Origin: an uncultured Candidatus Saccharibacteria bacterium
GTDB taxonomy: Bacteria > Patescibacteriota > Saccharimonadia > Saccharimonadales > Saccharimonadaceae
Direction of reading: 5' to 3'
DNA length: 64,000 nucleotides
Assembly: GCA_964492765.1 (NCBI GenBank)
Contig: CAZBLB010000001.1
Coordinates: forward strand, 1,736 to 65,735
The notes beneath the pieces are model-generated. The model was given only the letters and a program-made list of their open reading frames with translations. It was not told where the DNA came from and made no database searches. The translations under genes and the position numbers were made by a program. Below, piece after piece: positions 28,223-39,865 of this stretch; the stretch's first letter is position 1, and each line of letters opens with the position of its first letter.

Positions 28223-29659
28223 ATGTCTAAAAACCTCTACATCACCACCGCCATCCCTTATGTCAACGGCGCGCCCCACATCGGCCATGCGCTCGACTAT
28301 CTTTTAGCTGACGTTTTTTATCGCTATCATATCGCCCTCGGCGAGTCGGTTCGTTTTCAGTCCGGCACCGACGAGCACGGCAACAAAATCTTCAACAAGG
28401 CCAAGTCTCTCGACATCCCCGTCGAAACTTACGTCAAAGAAAACTCCGACAAATTCCGCGAGTTCATCAAAAAGCTCAACGTCGCTCCGACCGATTTTAT
28501 CCGCACTTCCGACCCCGACCACTGCCGACGTTGCCAACTTATCTGGCAAAAACTCTCCCCGCATATCTACCCCGCGACTTACGAAGGTTGGTATTGTTCT
28601 GGTTGCGAACGTTTTGTCACCGACAAAGAACATGACGAGACCTCCGGCATCTGTCCCGACCACCAAACTCCTTACGAGCGCCTCTCCGAAAAAAATTATT
28701 ATCTTAAAATCTCCGACTTTAAAGCTCAAATAAAAACGGCTATCGAAACCGACACTCTCCTTATTCTCCCCGAATTTCGCAAAAAAGAAGTTCTAAATCT
28801 TCTCGAATCCTCCCCTGACGTCTCCATCTCTCGTCCCCGTAGAAACCTCTCCTGGGGCATACCCGTCCCCGGCGACGACGACCAAGTTATGTATGTCTGG
28901 ATTGACGCGCTCGCTAACTATCTCACTGTCCTTGGCTATCCCGAGTCCGACATCTCCGACTTTTGGCCCGCCGACGTCCAATTTGTCGGCAAGGACATTC
29001 TTCGTTTTCACGCTATCATTTGGCCAGCCATTCTTCTTGGTCTCGGTCTTCCGCTTCCTAAAGCCATCATTTCTCACGGACACATTCTCTCCGACGGCCA
29101 GAAAATGTCCAAATCGCTCGGCAATGTCGTTGACCCTCTCGAAGCTATCGACCGCTACGGTCTCGAACCCTTCCGCTACTTTTTCCTTCGCCACATCGAC
29201 ACCTTCGCCGACTCTGACTTTACCTGGGACAAATACTCCGCCGCTTATTCCGGAGAACTCGCCAACGACCTCGGAAACTTCGTCCAACGTCTCTCAACTC
29301 TCATATCCAAAGCCAACCTCTCTCTCGACGAAGATTCTCTAGCCTCCGCCAAATCCGCCCTTAAAACCGACCAAACTTACCAAGACCTCATGTCTAAGTT
29401 TAATTATTCCGGCGCCTTTGACTATATCTGGTCTAAAATCCAAACCTTGAACAAAACCATCGACGAAGAAAAACCGTGGTCTCTTCTCAAAACCGACCCC
29501 GCCTCCGCTAAGTCCGTTCTCTCTCGCCTCACCCTCTCGCTCCTCGAAGCCACCTCACTTCTCGCACCTTTCCTCCCTGCCACTTCCGAAAAAATCTTCA
29601 ATATCTTCTCGAACACCCCTCTCACCCCTCCCTCCACCCCACTCTTCCCAAAAGCCTAA
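28223..29659 (+). CDS. metG: methionyl-tRNA synthetase (short form)
   Basis: PYVNGAPHIGH, GTDEHG, WGIPVP, YVWIDAL, GKDILRFH, KMSKS. Confidence 0.99.
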   Translation: MSKNLYITTAIPYVNGAPHIGHALDYLLADVFYRYHIALGESVRFQSGTDEHGNKIFNKAKSLDIPVETYVKENSDKFREFIKKLNVAPTDFIRTSDPDHCRRCQLIWQKLSPHIYPATYEGWYCSGCERFVTDKEHDETSGICPDHQTPYERLSEKNYYLKISDFKAQIKTAIETDTLLILPEFRKKEVLNLLESSPDVSISRPRRNLSWGIPVPGDDDQVMYVWIDALANYLTVLGYPESDISDFWPADVQFVGKDILRFHAIIWPAILLGLGLPLPKAIISHGHILSDGQKMSKSLGNVVDPLEAIDRYGLEPFRYFFLRHIDTFADSDFTWDKYSAAYSGELANDLGNFVQRLSTLISKANLSLDEDSLASAKSALKTDQTYQDLMSKFNYSGAFDYIWSKIQTLNKTIDEEKPWSLLKTDPASAKSVLSRLTLSLLEATSLLAPFLPATSEKIFNIFSNTPLTPPSTPLFPKA

Positions 29660-29770
29660 CCACCACCCGTCATCTCACTCTCCACTCACCTCACTACTAC
29701 TCCTTCATTCCCTCACTCCATTCTGCTCCACCCCCCACCAAACTTCTATTTTAGCTACTTTCCTCCCACA

Positions 29771-29796
29771 AAAATCGCCCCGAGAGGGGCGATTTT
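29771..29796. terminator. bidirectional terminator, AAAATCGCCCC family
   Basis: AAAATCGCCCC-GAGA-GGGGCGATTTT between convergent metG and MIP genes. Confidence 0.85.
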
Positions 29797-29813
29797 CTTA
29801 CCATTCTAGACTA

Positions 29814-30818
29814 TTATTCCTGGAACGTCTTTGCGGCATCGGACAGATAAAACCCAAGCACACCCCCGACCATCGGGAACAGTACATAAGTATACAGTGC
29901 CTTCACAATTTCCAGTAAAAGCTCCCCAACCCCATCCGCGCTCGTCGGCAAAATCTGATACATCAAAGCTACCGCCGGATTCATCATGAAGCTCCCTGTA
30001 AGCCCGAAATAGTTATAAGACAGTAGATAAACAACCACCACCGCAATCGTAAAACCGCCCGCTACTGCCGCCGCATAAGCCAGCGTATTTTTCTTTACGT
30101 CTTGCGCTCTCGCAAAGAAGAACCCCACAATAGTCGCGCCCAAGAACTCTAAAAGCGTCACCGTCCAATAATTGCCCTCGGCTATCGGCGTCATGCCCGG
30201 AAGTTCCACCTCGGCCCCACCGGCACTTGCGCTCGCCGTAATAAAGGCGGTAATAATAAGCGTCCCTACCCACGCCCCAATCAGTTGCGACAAAAGATAG
30301 AGCACACCCCTAATCGCCGAAACTCTCCTCGATGCCATCATTCCAAGCGTGTTTATCGGGTTCAAATTCGCACCAGACAATCTGTGCGTTATAACAATAA
30401 TCGCGAGCAGAATAAAGAAAAGATAGAGCGGTTGATAAAGGCCAAGTGTAAAAATCACCATCGCAATCAACATCGTTCCGAAGAACTCGCCAAGTATTGC
30501 GCCGTAAATTTTCTTGTCCTTAAAAATCGTCAAAATCGACTCGTCGCCTTCATATTTTTTCGCGAAGAACGCCTTAAAATATCCTTTGACCGCGCAGGTT
30601 TTCTTTTTCTCGACTTTCTTCTTTTCCTCGGTCTCAACATTCAAACTTTTTTCCGAGGTTTTCGCAGTTTTTTCAACAGGAGCTTTTTCTGCCTTTTTCT
30701 CCTCTTTCTTTTCTACGGTCTTTTCTTCAACCGGGTTTTTCTTTTCGGAAAGTTTTTCGTCTTTCGCAGTGGGTTTATTAGTCTTCGGCTTTTTGCCAGA
30801 CTTTTTCGATTTAGCCAT
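29814..30818 (-). CDS. MIP/aquaporin family channel with Lys/Glu-rich N-terminal extension
   Basis: GEFFGTMLI, SGANLNPINT, LEFLGAT, MNPAVA; six TM-like segments. Confidence 0.85.
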   Translation of the reverse strand: MAKSKKSGKKPKTNKPTAKDEKLSEKKNPVEEKTVEKKEEKKAEKAPVEKTAKTSEKSLNVETEEKKKVEKKKTCAVKGYFKAFFAKKYEGDESILTIFKDKKIYGAILGEFFGTMLIAMVIFTLGLYQPLYLFFILLAIIVITHRLSGANLNPINTLGMMASRRVSAIRGVLYLLSQLIGAWVGTLIITAFITASASAGGAEVELPGMTPIAEGNYWTVTLLEFLGATIVGFFFARAQDVKKNTLAYAAAVAGGFTIAVVVVYLLSYNYFGLTGSFMMNPAVALMYQILPTSADGVGELLLEIVKALYTYVLFPMVGGVLGFYLSDAAKTFQE

Positions 30819-30905
30819 TAAACCTCCTTAAATAATATTTATCTGGATTATATCATAGGTATGTTATAATTGTAAGCATAATTCTAATCCAGAAAGGGAA
30901 TCACC

Positions 30906-31139
30906 GTGGGAGTAATGGTCACTAAAGAAGACGACAACAACGTTGCCCTTACCAACAAAATCAACGCCGAGCTTCGCGGAAAAATGGCCCGCACACAGTC
31001 TGACGAAGGTACTGCCACCGACTTTTCCAAAGATGCCGCCTACCTCTCCGACTACGAAAAAACTCATCGTTTTTCTTGGGTCTGGTTTGTACTTATCGCC
31101 CTCGCACTTGCCTCTCTCGTTTTCATCATTCTTCTCTAA
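30906..31139 (+). CDS. small membrane protein (77 aa)
   Basis: ORF with C-terminal TM helix; AAAGGGA RBS-like sequence; upstream TGTTATAAT. Confidence 0.7.
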   Translation: MGVMVTKEDDNNVALTNKINAELRGKMARTQSDEGTATDFSKDAAYLSDYEKTHRFSWVWFVLIALALASLVFIILL

Positions 31140-31158
31140 TCCCCTCTAAGGTGATATA

Positions 31159-31178
31159 ATATATATATATATATATAT
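31159..31178. repeat. (AT)10 microsatellite
   Basis: Run starting in the TGATATAAT -10 box upstream of pheS. Confidence 0.9.
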
Positions 31179-31212
31179 TAATACGCTTATTTTAAATAAT
31201 AAAATATCTTAT

Positions 31213-32160
31213 ATGTCAAAACTAGAAGAGTTTAAACAAGAACTAAAATCGCTGAGTAGCGAATACTCCAAAATAAAATCCCTGCCCGTCGCCGAGCGCA
31301 AAGCTTTTGGCGAAAAAATCAACGCCAAAAAATCCGCTCTTCTTGCCGAAATCTCCGCCCTCGAGGCCTCTGCCGAAACCGCCTCTCTCGAAAAACTCGA
31401 CCTCTCCGCCCCCTTCGCCGAAAACGCCCCCGAAAAAGCTCAGAAACAGGGAACTAAGCACCCTCTCATGACCGAACTTGAACTCGTCGCCGACATTTAC
31501 CGCTCCATGGGCTTTAACATCATCGAATCTCGCCAACTCGACGACGAATTCCACATGTTCGAGTCCTTAAACTTCCCCGAAGGCCACCCCGCTCGCGATG
31601 GCTATGATACCTTCCGCACTTCAGAGGGTTTCATTCCCCCCGCCCAAACTTCCACCATGCAACACCGCGCTCTCACTCGTTTCCGCTCTGACCTCGAAAC
31701 TTACGGCCAAATCGCCGTCGCTATCCCTGGACGCACCTTCCGCAACGAAGACGTCGACGCCACCCACGAACATACCTTCTACCAGTGCGAAGGCATCTAT
31801 GTCTCTAAAACCGCCAACCTCGGCCAGCTCCTCTCCGTCCTTAAAACCTTCTTCGAGACTTATTATGGCCAAAAACTCAACATCAAAACCCAGCCCGGCT
31901 TTTTCCCCTTCACTGAACCTTCTCTCGAGTTCCAAATCGAAAAACCCGCTTCTCTCGGTGGCAAAGGTGACGGCTGGCTAGAAATGTGCGGCTGCGGCAT
32001 GATTCATCCTAACGTCCTCAAAATGGCCGGCATCGACCCCGAAGTCTACAAAGGCTTTGCTTGGGGTGGTGGCATCGACCGACTAATCATGCTTAAATAT
32101 GCCATCAACGACATCCGCTACCTAGAATCCGCCAAACTTGACTTCTTAAAGGAGTTTTAA
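31213..32160 (+). CDS. pheS: phenylalanyl-tRNA synthetase alpha subunit
   Basis: HPARDGYDTF, QTSTMQ, DATHEHTFYQCEG, FFPFTEPS, GCGMIHPNVL, GIDRL. Confidence 0.99.
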   Translation: MSKLEEFKQELKSLSSEYSKIKSLPVAERKAFGEKINAKKSALLAEISALEASAETASLEKLDLSAPFAENAPEKAQKQGTKHPLMTELELVADIYRSMGFNIIESRQLDDEFHMFESLNFPEGHPARDGYDTFRTSEGFIPPAQTSTMQHRALTRFRSDLETYGQIAVAIPGRTFRNEDVDATHEHTFYQCEGIYVSKTANLGQLLSVLKTFFETYYGQKLNIKTQPGFFPFTEPSLEFQIEKPASLGGKGDGWLEMCGCGMIHPNVLKMAGIDPEVYKGFAWGGGIDRLIMLKYAINDIRYLESAKLDFLKEF

Positions 32161-32162
32161 TC

Positions 32163-34646
32163 ATGCTCATCTCTCTAAACGAACTCAAAAAACTCGTCGA
32201 CATCAAAATCAGCGATGACGAGCTCGTCCGCCTCATCGGCTCCCGTCTCGTCGAAGTCGAAGGTGTTTCTGATTGGTCGAAAAAATACAAAAACATCTTC
32301 ATCGTCAAAGTCCTCTCGGCCGACCTCATCGAAGGTACTCATCTTCATCTCTGCAAAATCGACGCCGGAAAAACTTTGAACGCCTCCATCGACCCCGACC
32401 ACGACGGTTTTATCCAGGTCGTTTGTGGCGCGCCCAACGTCCGCAAAGACATGTTCGCCATCTGGATTGCCCCCGGCGCTATCGTCCCCGAAACTTACGC
32501 CACTCCTGAGCCGTTCGAGATTTCCGCTCGCAAACTTCGCGGCTTCATGAGCTTTGGCATGCTCGCCGCCGCCGATGAACTCGCCCTCGGCTCCGACCAC
32601 AACGGCATCCTCGAACTCAACCCAAACGATCCCAAAATCGCCCCAGGCGCTTCTTTCGCCGAAGTTTTTGAGCTTAACGACAAAATCCTCGAAATCGAGA
32701 ACAAATCCCTCACTCACCGCCCTGACTGTTTCGGGCTTATTGGGTTCGCCCGCGAAGTCGCCGGCATCCTCGGCCAACCTTTTGTTATGCCATCAGGAAA
32801 AGACCTCATTCACCATCTAAACATCCAAGAGCCTAAACTTTCCATCAAAATCTCCGACTATTCTCTCTGTCCTCACTACGAAGCGCTCCTTTTTGACCTC
32901 TCCTCGCTCCCTCAAAAATCTCCATATCTCACTTCAAGCGACCTCTTCTTAATAAAATCCGGCATGCGTCCCGTCTCTCCTATCGTCGACGCTACCAACC
33001 TCATCATGCTAAAAACCGGCCAGCCTCTCCATGCGTTCGACTACGACAAGTTTCTCTCCGTAGGCGGCACTAACGAAGCAAACATCTCCGTCCGCCTCGC
33101 CCGAAATGAAGAAAAGCTCACCCTCCTAGACGGAAAAACCATCTCTCTAAACGAAACCGACATCGTCATCTGCTCCAATGACACCCCCGTCGCACTCGCC
33201 GGCGCCATGGGTGGTCAATCCACCGAAATCGACGCCTCGACTAAAACCGTCCTCGTCGAAATCGCCAGCTTCTCCCTCTACAACCTCAGAAAAACCCAGA
33301 TGTCTCACGGCCTCTTCTCCGAAGCTATCACCCGCTTCACCAAAGGCCGTCCCGCGACCGACCTCCTCTCCGCAACCGCCGACACCATTCAATTCTTCAC
33401 CAAAAACTTCGGCGCCAAGTTTCTCGGCCTAAAAACCGTCTCCGACCCTAGCCTTAAAAACGACCGTGACAAGTTTATTCTCCCGACCATCACCATTTCC
33501 GCCCAAGAAATCAACTCTCTTCTTGGCTCAAATTATTCACCCGAACTTATCAAATCCACCCTTGAAAACGTCGGTTTTTCCGTTATTTTGAGCGCGGATG
33601 AAACTTCCGAAACTTTCACCGTCACCGCCCCCGTCTGGCGCGCCGACATCCACATCAAAGAAGACCTCATCGAAGAGGTCGGACGTCTCCTCGGCTACGA
33701 CAATTTACCTCTGAGCTACCCGCTCCGCCCGTTCGTCTGCGCCTCTGTCGAGCCACTCTTTACCCTCAAGTCCAAAATCCGCAACCTCCTCTCCGACCGC
33801 CTCGGTCTAAACGAAGTTTTGACATATTCTTTTGTCTCAAAGAGGCTCCAGTCATCAGCTCTCGAAGACGTCGCCGACAGCTACAAAATCATCAACTCCC
33901 TCTCGCCCGAGCTCGAATGTTTCCGCCAAACCATCGTTCCTTCGCTTCTCGACAAAATCCGCGAGAACGAAAAAGCCGGGCATAAAGACTTTACGCTCTA
34001 CGAGCTTAACCAAGTCACCAAAAAATCCCTCGGCCTAACCGACGAGCACGTCCCCGTCATGGAGACCCACCTCGGACTTGCTGGACAAGGCAGTTTCTAC
34101 GACGTTAAGGCCACAGTCACAGAACTTCTCTCTCGGCTCGGCTACGCTTTCTCTTTTACGCCCCTCGAAACCTCTACCTTCCTTGAACCTTCCCGCTCCC
34201 TTACTATTTTAGGAGAAAACGGCGTCGTTCTCGGCTCGTTTGGCGAAATAAAACTTTCCGTCCTCAAGTCTTTCAAGCTTTCCGCCCCCGTTTTCGCACT
34301 AGAACTTAATCTCTCCGCTCTCGTCGCTCTCCCCGCTTCAATCAAAAAGGGCATTAAACTCCCCAAGTTTCCTTTTGTTTCTCGCGACCTCACTGTCCGC
34401 GTTCCAGTTTCTCTCGCCTTCGCCGACGTCGAGAACATCCTCAAGACCTCTCTCGACTCCGAAAACAACCTTCTCTATCGCCTCACCCCAACGTCTATCT
34501 ATACTAAACCCGGCCTCGAGACCAAAAACCTCTCCTTCCACCTTTCACTCACAAACACCGATAAAACTTTCACCTCCGCCGAAATTTCTGCTATAATAGA
34601 AAAAATCACAAACAATCTCTCGGCGCTCGGTGCGGAAGTAGTCTAG
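32163..34646 (+). CDS. pheT: phenylalanyl-tRNA synthetase beta subunit
   Basis: VVCGAPN, LRGFMSFGML, THRPDC, GQPLHAFD, WRADIHIKEDLIEEVGR, RDLT. Confidence 0.98.
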   Translation: MLISLNELKKLVDIKISDDELVRLIGSRLVEVEGVSDWSKKYKNIFIVKVLSADLIEGTHLHLCKIDAGKTLNASIDPDHDGFIQVVCGAPNVRKDMFAIWIAPGAIVPETYATPEPFEISARKLRGFMSFGMLAAADELALGSDHNGILELNPNDPKIAPGASFAEVFELNDKILEIENKSLTHRPDCFGLIGFAREVAGILGQPFVMPSGKDLIHHLNIQEPKLSIKISDYSLCPHYEALLFDLSSLPQKSPYLTSSDLFLIKSGMRPVSPIVDATNLIMLKTGQPLHAFDYDKFLSVGGTNEANISVRLARNEEKLTLLDGKTISLNETDIVICSNDTPVALAGAMGGQSTEIDASTKTVLVEIASFSLYNLRKTQMSHGLFSEAITRFTKGRPATDLLSATADTIQFFTKNFGAKFLGLKTVSDPSLKNDRDKFILPTITISAQEINSLLGSNYSPELIKSTLENVGFSVILSADETSETFTVTAPVWRADIHIKEDLIEEVGRLLGYDNLPLSYPLRPFVCASVEPLFTLKSKIRNLLSDRLGLNEVLTYSFVSKRLQSSALEDVADSYKIINSLSPELECFRQTIVPSLLDKIRENEKAGHKDFTLYELNQVTKKSLGLTDEHVPVMETHLGLAGQGSFYDVKATVTELLSRLGYAFSFTPLETSTFLEPSRSLTILGENGVVLGSFGEIKLSVLKSFKLSAPVFALELNLSALVALPASIKKGIKLPKFPFVSRDLTVRVPVSLAFADVENILKTSLDSENNLLYRLTPTSIYTKPGLETKNLSFHLSLTNTDKTFTSAEISAIIEKITNNLSALGAEVV
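33586..33612 (+). repeat. dispersed motif copy 4 (in pheT)
   Basis: TTTTGAGCGCGGA-TGAAACT-TCCGAAA. Confidence 0.9.
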
Positions 34647-34662
34647 AATCAAAGGAGGTCTT

Positions 34663-35403
34663 ATGCAAGAAAGTCAACTCAAAACTAGCTGGAAACAGCG
34701 TCTAGTTATCGCTGTTGTTGCGGCCATCCTCCTCGGCTCCTCCGTCGCCATCTATGTCGCTATCGTCCTCGGAAGTGGCAATGTCGACTACTCCCGCATG
34801 ACCACCCGCGAACTAGAATCCGCCTACGAATCCGCCTATACTACCTATACCGAGCGAGCCGCCGAGCTCTCCGCCGAAAATTTCGACACCTTCAAAGAAT
34901 ACAAGTCCAAAGTCAAGGCTTATAACGCCACTACCGCCAACTCCAACGGCGTCACTACCAAAGATTTCCTCGAAGGCGACGGCGAACCGCTCACCGACTC
35001 CAACTATTCCGCCTACTACATCGGTTGGTGCTCCGACGAGTCCATTTTCGACTCCAGTTTCGACAATTTCGACTCTCCTACCTCCCTTAAAGCCCCTATC
35101 GCCGTCGAACCAAACTCCCTCATCGAAGGTTGGTATCTTGGCACCGAAGGCATGAAGCTCGGTGGCATCCGCGAAATCACCATCCCTGGCGCGCTTGCCT
35201 ATGGCGACTCTTACGAAATCTGCGGTGGTCTCAACTCTCCGCTCAAGTTCATCATCTACGCCATCGAGAAAGACAAACAACTTTCCGAAATTAGCGCTCG
35301 ACTCGACAAAATCTACGAAGCGCTCACTCTAGCATATTCCACCGACTATTCCGACTACTCAGAAATCGACTATAGCGATTACGTCAACGCCACCGAGGAA
35401 TAG
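34663..35403 (+). CDS. membrane-anchored FKBP-type peptidyl-prolyl isomerase
   Basis: N-terminal TM, IFDSSF, LIEGWYLGTEGMKLGGIREITIPGALAYG, PLKFII. Confidence 0.9.
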   Translation: MQESQLKTSWKQRLVIAVVAAILLGSSVAIYVAIVLGSGNVDYSRMTTRELESAYESAYTTYTERAAELSAENFDTFKEYKSKVKAYNATTANSNGVTTKDFLEGDGEPLTDSNYSAYYIGWCSDESIFDSSFDNFDSPTSLKAPIAVEPNSLIEGWYLGTEGMKLGGIREITIPGALAYGDSYEICGGLNSPLKFIIYAIEKDKQLSEISARLDKIYEALTLAYSTDYSDYSEIDYSDYVNATEE

Positions 35404-35406
35404 TTT

Positions 35407-36846
35407 GTGTCAAGACAAACTTTCTTCTTTTATGACCTCGAGACTTCCGGTTTAAGCGCCACCGACGACCGCATTATGCAGTTCGCCGGCCAACGCACCA
35501 CACTCGATTTCAAGCCCGTCGGCGCCCCCATTAACCTCCTCGTTAAACTAAATGACGACACTTTGCCCTCCCCCGGTGCTGTCCTCACCACCAAAATCAC
35601 CCCCCAGTCCACTCTCCAAGACGGCATACCGGAAAACGAACTTGCCAAATTCCTCTCAGAAAATGTTTTCACCGCCGACACTATTATTCTCGGTTTTAAT
35701 TCTGTCCGTTTCGACGACCGCTTCATCCAACATCTCTTCTGGCGCAACTTCTACGACCCCTACGAGTGGCAATGGTGCGACGGTCGCTCGCGTTGGGATA
35801 TGCTCGACGTCGTGCGTATGACTCGTGCGCTCCGCCCCGAGGGCATCAACTGGCCCGTCACCGATGACGGGCGCCCCACCAACCGTCTCGAGCTCATCAC
35901 CAAACTTAACGGCATCTCTCACGAGTCCGCCCACGATGCCCTTTCCGACGTCAACGCCCTCATCGACGTCACCCGCCTCATCGCCAAAAAACAAGAAAAA
36001 CTCTTTTCTTATCTCTTCAAAATGCGCGACAAACGCGAGGTCAAAGCCCTCGTAAACCTTAAAAACCCCTCCCCCTTTGTCTATACGTCCGGTCGCTACG
36101 GCTCCGAATTTAACTTTACAACTGTTGCTTACCCGCTTTTCCTTACCAAAAACGGCAACGTCATGGTCATAAACCTCCGCTATAATCTCGACGACATGCT
36201 AAAAACCATCAAAGAAACTTATCCCGCCTTCGACAATGACCACCCAGAAAACACCCCCAACCTAAAACTCAAAAATCTTTTCTTTCCCGCTTTCAAAGAG
36301 CTTTGTTATAACCGTTGCCCCGCCGTCGCCCCGCTCGGCGTCCTCAATCAGTCCTCTGGTTGGTCCAAAATCTCTCTCACTCGCGAAACCGTCCAGAAAA
36401 ATCTCGCCGCCCTCGAAAACCACAAAAACCTTCTCCGTGCGCTCCAAAAAGAAGAAAAAACCGACTCCTACGATAAACCGCCCATCGACGTCGAGTCGTC
36501 TCTTTACGATTCTTTTGTTCCAGACGCCGACCGTCTCCGCCTTACGGTTGTCCGCTCTGCCACCGCCGACTCACTCGCCGATTTTCATCCCAACTTCGCC
36601 GATGAGCGCTTAAGCGAACTCCTCATTCACTACAAAGCCAAACATTTTCCAACTTCTCTTTCTGAATCAGAGCAGAAATCTTGGCGCGAATATCGTCTCG
36701 CCCGCCTTAATCGCCAAGCGCCGCCTTTTCTTGCCGAACTCAAACGCTTCACCGCCGAAGCAACCAAATCTGGCGACAAAGATAAACTTTATTTACTAGA
36801 AGAACTTAATCTCTGGTATCGCTCTCTCCAAGAAATCGACTACTAG
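35407..36846 (+). CDS. sbcB: exodeoxyribonuclease I
   Basis: [39 protein letters not shown]; GTG start. Confidence 0.95.
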   Translation: MSRQTFFFYDLETSGLSATDDRIMQFAGQRTTLDFKPVGAPINLLVKLNDDTLPSPGAVLTTKITPQSTLQDGIPENELAKFLSENVFTADTIILGFNSVRFDDRFIQHLFWRNFYDPYEWQWCDGRSRWDMLDVVRMTRALRPEGINWPVTDDGRPTNRLELITKLNGISHESAHDALSDVNALIDVTRLIAKKQEKLFSYLFKMRDKREVKALVNLKNPSPFVYTSGRYGSEFNFTTVAYPLFLTKNGNVMVINLRYNLDDMLKTIKETYPAFDNDHPENTPNLKLKNLFFPAFKELCYNRCPAVAPLGVLNQSSGWSKISLTRETVQKNLAALENHKNLLRALQKEEKTDSYDKPPIDVESSLYDSFVPDADRLRLTVVRSATADSLADFHPNFADERLSELLIHYKAKHFPTSLSESEQKSWREYRLARLNRQAPPFLAELKRFTAEATKSGDKDKLYLLEELNLWYRSLQEIDY

Positions 36847-36891
36847 CCCTCTGGACTTTTTCCGGTTTTTCCTGTATAATGTCTAAGTTTA

Positions 36892-39801
36892 ATGGAGAGA
36901 AACATGGACCAGCCCCACCGAGAATCAGCGGATGACAGCTTTATCAAAATCCGCGGTGCTCGCCAACACAACTTAAAAAACATCGACGTCGACATTCCGC
37001 GCGACAAGCTCGTCGTCATTACCGGCCTCTCCGGCTCCGGCAAGTCCTCTCTCGCCTTCGACACCATCTATGCCGAGGGTCAACGCCGTTATGTCGAGTC
37101 TCTCTCTTCTTATGCTCGCATGTTTCTCGGCGTCATGGACAAACCCGACTGCGACTCTATTACTGGTCTCTCTCCTGCTATTTCTATTGACCAAAAATCC
37201 ACCTCCAGAAATCCCCGCAGCACCGTCGCCACCGTCACCGAAGTTTACGATTTTCTCCGCCTTCTTTTCGCCCGCGTCGGCGTTCCTCACTGCCCTATCT
37301 GCCACCAAAAAGTCTCCCGTCGCTCCGTCGAAGACATCGTAAACGAAGTTCTAAAACTTCCTCTCGGCTCAAAGCTCATGCTTCTCGCCCCTATCGTTCA
37401 ACAGAAAAAAGGCGAGTTCGCCCATATTCCCGACCAATACACCGCCAAAGGTTTCTCTCGCGTCCGCGTCGACGGCATTATTTACGCCCTCGATGAATTT
37501 CCCTCTCTCGAAAAAAACGAGCGTCACGACATCGAGCTCGTCGTCGATCGCTTTATTTTATCCCCAGATTTAATTTCCCGCATCTCCGGCTCTATCGAAC
37601 AAGCTCTAGAACTAGGGCAGGGAATCATTAAACTCCTCAAAATCGCCGACAACTCCACCGCCATCGAAGGCAAAGGCATCAAAGACGCCGAAATCCTCAC
37701 TTTTTCTCAACGCTACGCCTGTGAGCTCCACCCCGACGAGCCTATCCCCGACCTCTCGCCACGCCTTTTCTCTTTTAACGCTCCCGAAGGTGCCTGTCCA
37801 ACCTGTACCGGTCTTGGCATCCGCATGGAAATCGACCCCGCTCTCGTTTTGAACCCTAATCTCACCATCGCCGAAGGCGGCATCCGCCCGTTTAACCGCA
37901 TTTCTTACGATTCTTATTGGCTCAAGCGTCTCGCCGTCGTTGGCGAACGCCACAACTTCTCTATCCACACCCCTATTCGCGACCTCCCCGACTCCGCCAT
38001 CGAAAAAATCCTCTACGGCACCGGCGCCGACAAATACAAAGTCACCGTTTCCGGCCACGGCAAATTTGCCGCCGGCACCGTCTACGAAACCACCTATGAA
38101 GGTGTCATACCTAATCTTGAACGTCGCTGGAACGATGCCAACACTTCCGAATTTGTTAAAAAAGACATCGAACGTTTCATGCGTATCCGCGAGTGCCAAA
38201 CCTGTCACGGCGCCCGTCTCAAACCCGCCGTCCTCGCCGTCACCGTCAATGACCTTAATATCGTCGACATGTGTTCTCTCGATGTTGACGCGACTGTTAA
38301 AGTCCTCAGCCAAGACCTCAAATTCACTCCCGAAGAGCACCTTATCGCCGACCCCATCCTTAAAGAAATCCGCGAACGTGTAAAATTCATGCAAGATGTC
38401 GGTCTCGGCTATCTCGAACTTTCTCGTTCTGCCAACACCCTCTCCGGTGGCGAAGCCCAACGTATCCGTCTTGCCACCCAAATCGGCTCCGGCCTTCAAG
38501 GCGTCCTCTATGTTCTCGATGAGCCTTCTATCGGCCTTCACCAATGCGACAACGACAAACTCATCGCCACCCTCAAACATCTTCGCGACCTTAAAAACAC
38601 CGTTCTTGTCGTCGAGCATGACGAAGACACTATGCGTTCGTCCGACTATATCATCGACATCGGCCCTGGCGCTGGTAGCCACGGCGGCCAACTCGTCGCC
38701 GCCGGCACCCCCGAAGAAATCATGCATAACCCCGCCTCTATCACCGGAAAATATTTAAGCGGCAATCTCAAAATCCCAACCCCCAAGTCCCGTCGCAAGC
38801 CCAAAAAAGACAAGTTTTTAACCGTCGTCGGCGCCCGCGAAAACAACCTCAAAAATCTCACCGTCAAGTTTCCTCTTGGCGTCATGACCGTCGTTTCTGG
38901 CGTTTCCGGCTCCGGCAAATCCACCCTCGTCAACGAAATCCTCGCTAAAGAACTCCAAGCCGAGCTTAATCATGCCCAGACCGTCGCCGGTCTTCACGAC
39001 CGTATCGAAGGCGTCGACAATCTCGACAAAGTCGTCATCGTCGACCAATCTCCTATCGGTCGCACCCCTCGTTCTAATCCTGCAACCTACACCGGCGTCT
39101 TTACCGCCATCCGCGACCTCTTCGCCGCCCAACCCGAGTCCGAAGTTCGCGGCTACAAATCTGGACGCTTCTCTTTTAACGTCAAAGGTGGCCGTTGCGA
39201 GACTTGTCAAGGCGACGGCGTTAATAAAATCGAAATGCATTTTCTCCCCGACGTCTACGTCACCTGCCCCACCTGCCACGGACGTCGCTATAACCGCGAG
39301 GCTCTCGAAATAAAATACAAAAACAAAGACATTTCCGAAGTCCTCGACATGACCATCGACGAAGCTTGCGACTTTTTCTCTAACATTCCCGCCATCTTTA
39401 ACAAACTAAAAACCCTTCAAGAAGTCGGGCTTGGCTATACTCGTCTCGGCCAACCAGCCACCACCTTCTCCGGCGGCGAGGCCCAACGCATCAAACTCGC
39501 CACCGAGCTTTCTCGTCGCTCCACTGGCAAAACTCTCTATATTTTAGACGAGCCCACAACCGGTCTCCATACCGACGACGTCAAACGTCTCCTCGACATT
39601 TTAAACAAACTTGTCTCTGGTGGCAACACCATGATTATTATCGAGCACAACTTGCACGTCATCAAAAGCGCCGACTGGATTATCGACATGGGGCCAGCCG
39701 GTGGTCAAGGCGGCGGCCAAGTCGTTGCCGAGGGCACGCCCGAGTCCTTAGCTCGTAGCGCCACCACCCCTACGGGCCTCTATCTAAAAAAATATCTTTA
39801 A
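36892..39801 (+). CDS. uvrA: excinuclease ABC subunit A
   Basis: [41 protein letters not shown], second Walker A GVSGSGKS. Confidence 0.99.
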   Translation: MERNMDQPHRESADDSFIKIRGARQHNLKNIDVDIPRDKLVVITGLSGSGKSSLAFDTIYAEGQRRYVESLSSYARMFLGVMDKPDCDSITGLSPAISIDQKSTSRNPRSTVATVTEVYDFLRLLFARVGVPHCPICHQKVSRRSVEDIVNEVLKLPLGSKLMLLAPIVQQKKGEFAHIPDQYTAKGFSRVRVDGIIYALDEFPSLEKNERHDIELVVDRFILSPDLISRISGSIEQALELGQGIIKLLKIADNSTAIEGKGIKDAEILTFSQRYACELHPDEPIPDLSPRLFSFNAPEGACPTCTGLGIRMEIDPALVLNPNLTIAEGGIRPFNRISYDSYWLKRLAVVGERHNFSIHTPIRDLPDSAIEKILYGTGADKYKVTVSGHGKFAAGTVYETTYEGVIPNLERRWNDANTSEFVKKDIERFMRIRECQTCHGARLKPAVLAVTVNDLNIVDMCSLDVDATVKVLSQDLKFTPEEHLIADPILKEIRERVKFMQDVGLGYLELSRSANTLSGGEAQRIRLATQIGSGLQGVLYVLDEPSIGLHQCDNDKLIATLKHLRDLKNTVLVVEHDEDTMRSSDYIIDIGPGAGSHGGQLVAAGTPEEIMHNPASITGKYLSGNLKIPTPKSRRKPKKDKFLTVVGARENNLKNLTVKFPLGVMTVVSGVSGSGKSTLVNEILAKELQAELNHAQTVAGLHDRIEGVDNLDKVVIVDQSPIGRTPRSNPATYTGVFTAIRDLFAAQPESEVRGYKSGRFSFNVKGGRCETCQGDGVNKIEMHFLPDVYVTCPTCHGRRYNREALEIKYKNKDISEVLDMTIDEACDFFSNIPAIFNKLKTLQEVGLGYTRLGQPATTFSGGEAQRIKLATELSRRSTGKTLYILDEPTTGLHTDDVKRLLDILNKLVSGGNTMIIIEHNLHVIKSADWIIDMGPAGGQGGGQVVAEGTPESLARSATTPTGLYLKKYL

Positions 39802-39865
39802 CCTTGGTTCTTGTGCTATCTTATTTTATGCTATAAAATATAGTTATTATTTTAAGGAGGTATCT

